Shown in pieces: positions 60,508 to 64,000 of a DNA stretch of 64,000 nt. Origin of the DNA: Raja brachyura (lineage: Eukaryota); NCBI GenBank assembly GCA_963514005.1, contig OY740807.1, positions 2,294,001 through 2,358,000 of the forward strand. Reading direction: 5' to 3'. Numbering within the stretch: position 1 is the stretch's first letter; each line of letters starts with the position of its first letter. The notes beneath the pieces are model-generated. The model saw only the letters and a program-made list of their open reading frames with translations. It did not search any database and was not told where the DNA came from. The translations under genes and the position numbers were made by a program.

Positions 60508-61516
60508 CATACCTACCAATTAGTCCAATTGTATCGTATTTCTTCCGATTTATAAGTTTAAAAAGTGTGAAAAATCTGAACAGGACGATTTTGAAATGAG
60601 GGAGAAAAAATAGCCAATCAACCGCTGTATCTGAGGGGGTTACGTCCAATCAGCTACCGGCTTCCCAAAATACCCGTCCAATCAGCCGCTGTCTCCAAGA
60701 GCATTGTGTCCAATCACATAATGCGCTTATCACACGGCAGCCAATCAGACGCTGTCTTCGAGGGGCCAATCACCGACCAGCTTCCCTCACTGAAGCAGAA
60801 GATGGCTGCCCCCAACACTTTGTCTCTGCTGTTTGCACAGAGTGTAAAGCATAGAGTCTTGTTGTAGGTGTTGTAGTTGTGTGTGTGGAGGGAGGGATAG
60901 AGAGAGGGAGGGTGGGAGAGAAGGAGGGAAGGAAAGAGGAGGGAGGCAGAGAGGGGGGCGGGAGGGAGAGAGAGAGGGGAGAGAAAGGGGGAGCGGAGAA
61001 AAAGGGGGGAGAGCGAGGGGGAGGGAGATAGGAGGAGAGGGGAGAGAGAGGGAGGGGGTGGGAGAGAGAGGGACAGGGGGAGAGACTGGGAGGGATGGGA
61101 AGAGAGAGAGGTAGAAAGGAGAGAGAGAGAGAGAGATTCCTTCCTTGCTACCAAATGACTTTGCTACCAAATGCAAGAAAGCAGCTATGACATATAATAC
61201 ACAATAAAGCGTATTACAAATACACAATAAACAAGTTATGCATTCTTGTACTCTTACATGGGTATGACTGCGCTTTAATAAAAATAAAATTCAACAAAAG
61301 AGAACCGCGTAAAAATCCGCAGCAAAATATTGATTTCCAGGTACTAGGATACTGAAATGCTCTGACAAAACCTGGCACCTCTGAATATATCGTGATATCG
61401 GCAAACTACAAAAAAAAACTTAAAATCCGGGAGCTAAGTCTGGCTCCTGGACCCCACCCTTAAGGGGCGAGTGCACTCAGAGTAAGATTTTTCATTTCCA
61501 AATGTTGGCAGGTATG
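60508..61516. mobile_element. Non-autonomous TIR DNA transposon (hAT-like, 6-bp TSD) carrying a CCAAT array
   Basis: TIRs catacctaccaa / ttggcaggtatg and TSD gtaatg on both sides. Confidence 0.75.
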
Positions 61517-62240
61517 GTAATGGCTACACGTCAATAACTCACACTCCTCCCTGTTGTTGCCTTTGGATCTCATCGACAGTCCTGAGGGGAATTATCTTTA
61601 AACTGAACAATTTTGCTTACAATTGCTTCCACTTTGTGCTGAACAAACGGGGATTCATGGACACTCGAAAGAGCCTTGGCTAAACCTGTCTTTTGTTGGC
61701 TTCATGGATTTGATATGGTTTGTCCCCATTCAAGTGAGGCACACACCCACAACTCCTTCCCTGCTGCGTCAACGAAAACATGGCCGGCCAATTGCTGAGA
61801 TATTGTTCGCCATGTCAAATTTAACATCATGTTGAGTGAGTTACTAAAAAAAAATTTCCTGGTGGCTAAAACAGTATTTTTTCATGAATGTGACACGTGA
61901 CACCTGGCTCTACAGATGCAAGGGTGTTCTGCACTGAATAAATGTTAACAATGCCGAGAGATGTCGAATATTCAATGAAAATTTCCCGTGCTGTAAGCAA
62001 GAGCAGTGCGAAATACAAATATATTCTGTTGCATAAAATGTTCATTGCACTCCATAGATTCCCTGTGTACTGTAAAGTTAGCTTTCTACATTACATAAAG
62101 ATATGTTTAAATGGAATAAAGATGTTCCCTGTGTGTTTTGTCTCATGGCAACGCAATTATCACAATCAGTCTGTTGCATGCACCACCTGCTGGTCACTCT
62201 CGGTCAGTAAGAATAGATTGGCAAGTGATGTTCTCACCAT

Positions 62241-62336
62241 AGGTAGACAAAAGTGCTGGAGAAACTCAGCGGGTGCAACAGCATCCATGGAGTGAAGGAA
62301 ATAGGCACCATTTCGGGCCGAACCCCTTCTTCAGAC
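62241..62336 (-). mobile_element. 96-bp single-arm Penelope pLTR insertion with a hammerhead-like core
   Basis: 12-bp TSD tgttctcaccat (62229-62240, 62337-62348). Minus strand CUGAAGA..GAAA. Confidence 0.8.
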
Positions 62337-62749
62337 TGTTCTCACCATGCTGTTCACCTGTGTAGCCACTTGCTAGTAACTGTAGACAATATACAATAGA
62401 CAATAGACAATAGGTGCAGGAGTAGGCCATTTGGCCCTTTGAGCCAGCACCGCCATTCAATGTGATCATGGCTGATCATCCCCAATCATCCGACAAACAC
62501 AGGGTCATCCTCTCCCAGACTGTTTACGATCTCATCACCAATTCTCCTATTACCTGCCACACTTTGTCCTGCCCCTCCTCTCTTGTTGCTTTCTTCCCCT
62601 CCCTCCCCTACAATCAGTCTGAGTAAGGGTCCTAACTTGAAACGTCACCTATCCAAGCTCGCTGGATATGCTGCCGGACCTGCTGAGTTGCTCAAGCACT
62701 TTGAGTCTTTTTCTGTCTTTTTATTTCTGGCCTTTGTCCAACCATCTGC

Positions 62750-64000
62750 CTATCTGGAAAGGGATCCTAGCAGAAAAGAGGATGGAACAGCAATGGCAGG
62801 AATTTCTGGGCATAATCTGGAAGACGCAGGATCATTTCATTCCAAAACGTAATAAAGAATCTAAGGGGAGTAGGCGGCAACCGTGGCTGACAAGAGAAGT
62901 TAGGGATAGAATAGGACTAAAAGAAAAGATGTATAACACAGCAAAGAATAGCCAGAAGCCAGAGGACTGGGAAACTTTCATAGGACAACAGAAGGAAGCA
63001 AAACGGGTAATACGGGCTGAAAAGATGAAGTACGAGGGGTAGCTAGCCAGGAATGTAAAGAAGGACAGCAAAAGCTTCTTTAGATATGTTAAGGGAAAAA
63101 GATTAGCAAAGTCAACTGTGGGTCCCTTGAAGGCAGACACGGGTGAAATTATTATGGATAACAAAGAAATGGCAGAAGAGTTGAATAGGTATTTCGGATC
63201 TGTGTTCAATAAGGAAGGCACAAACAATCTCCCAGATGTACTGGAGGACGGAGGATTCTGCAGTTGTACAGGGTTCTGGTAACGCCACATCTGGAGTATT
63301 GTGTACAGTTTTGATCTAATTTGAGGAAGGACATCCTTGTGATTGAGGCAGTGCAGCGTAGGTTCACGAGATTGATCCCTGTGATGGTGGGACTGTCATA
63401 TGAGGAAAGATTGAAAAGACTAGGCTTGTATTCACTGGAGTTTAGAAGGATGAGGGGGGGATCTTATAGAAACATATAAAATTATAAAAGGACTGGACAA
63501 GCTAGATGCAAGAAAAAATGCCCCCAATGGCGAGTCCAGAACCAGGGGCCACAGTCTCAGAATAAAGGGGAGGCCATTTAAGAGTGAGGCAAGGAAAAAC
63601 ATTTTCACCCAGAGAATTGTGAATTTGTGGAATTACCTGCCACAGAGGGCAGTGGTGGCCAACTCACCGGATGGATTTAACAGAAACATAGAAAATAGGT
63701 GCAGGAGTAGGCCATTCGGCCCTTCGAGCCTGCACTGCCATTCAATGTGATCATGGCTGATCATCCAACTCAGTATCCCGTACCTGCCTTCTCTCCATAC
63801 CCCCTGATCCCTTTTGTAACAAGTGCCACATCTAACGCCCTCTTAAATATAGCCAATGAACTGGCCTCAACTACCTTCTGTGGCAGAGAATTCCAGAGAC
63901 TCACCACTCTCTGTGTAAAGAATGTTTTCCTCATTTCGGTCCTAAAGGAATTCCCCCTTATCCTTAGACTGTGACCCCTTGTTCTGGACTCCCCCAACAT
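62750..64000. mobile_element. CR1 fragments (plus 62750-63680; minus 63680-64000)
   Basis: PWLTREVR, KSFFRYV, GDLIETYKI; minus-strand 3' end with (ttctatgt)n tail. Confidence 0.85.

Noticed and set aside
60611-60775. CRISPR-like array
   Set aside because: The constant part is only about 7 bp (CCAATCA), the context is eukaryotic and there are no cas genes.

Overview
Repeat-dense eukaryotic DNA, most likely from a cartilaginous fish (probably a skate or ray; inferred from the CR1/HER1-type LINEs, V-domain tRNA-SINEs, Penelope repeats and the Ig isotype). Most of the window is nested transposable elements: many CR1 copies, one full-length dead L1 with a TSD, two DIRS tyrosine-recombinase retrotransposons, Penelope elements with hammerhead-ribozyme-like cores, a Tc1, hAT/Harbinger MITEs and SINEs. 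The one host gene found is an intact three-exon immunoglobulin light-chain gene on the minus strand: leader 40159-40207, VJ 39417-39776, C 37514-37842, 245 aa, type I/NS5/sigma-cart-like. Its V and J are already fused in frame in the genomic DNA with no RSS, and both introns are kept, so it looks like a germline-joined antibody gene. Other highlights are TSD-flanked mini-elements carrying hammerhead cores (one a perfect 88-bp palindrome), a transposon carrying six phased CCAAT boxes, an open DIRS gag ORF missing from the ORF track, and a ~2.1-kb inversion revealed by a split CR1. Boundaries of degenerate repeats are approximate and all family calls are by motif recognition, not database search.
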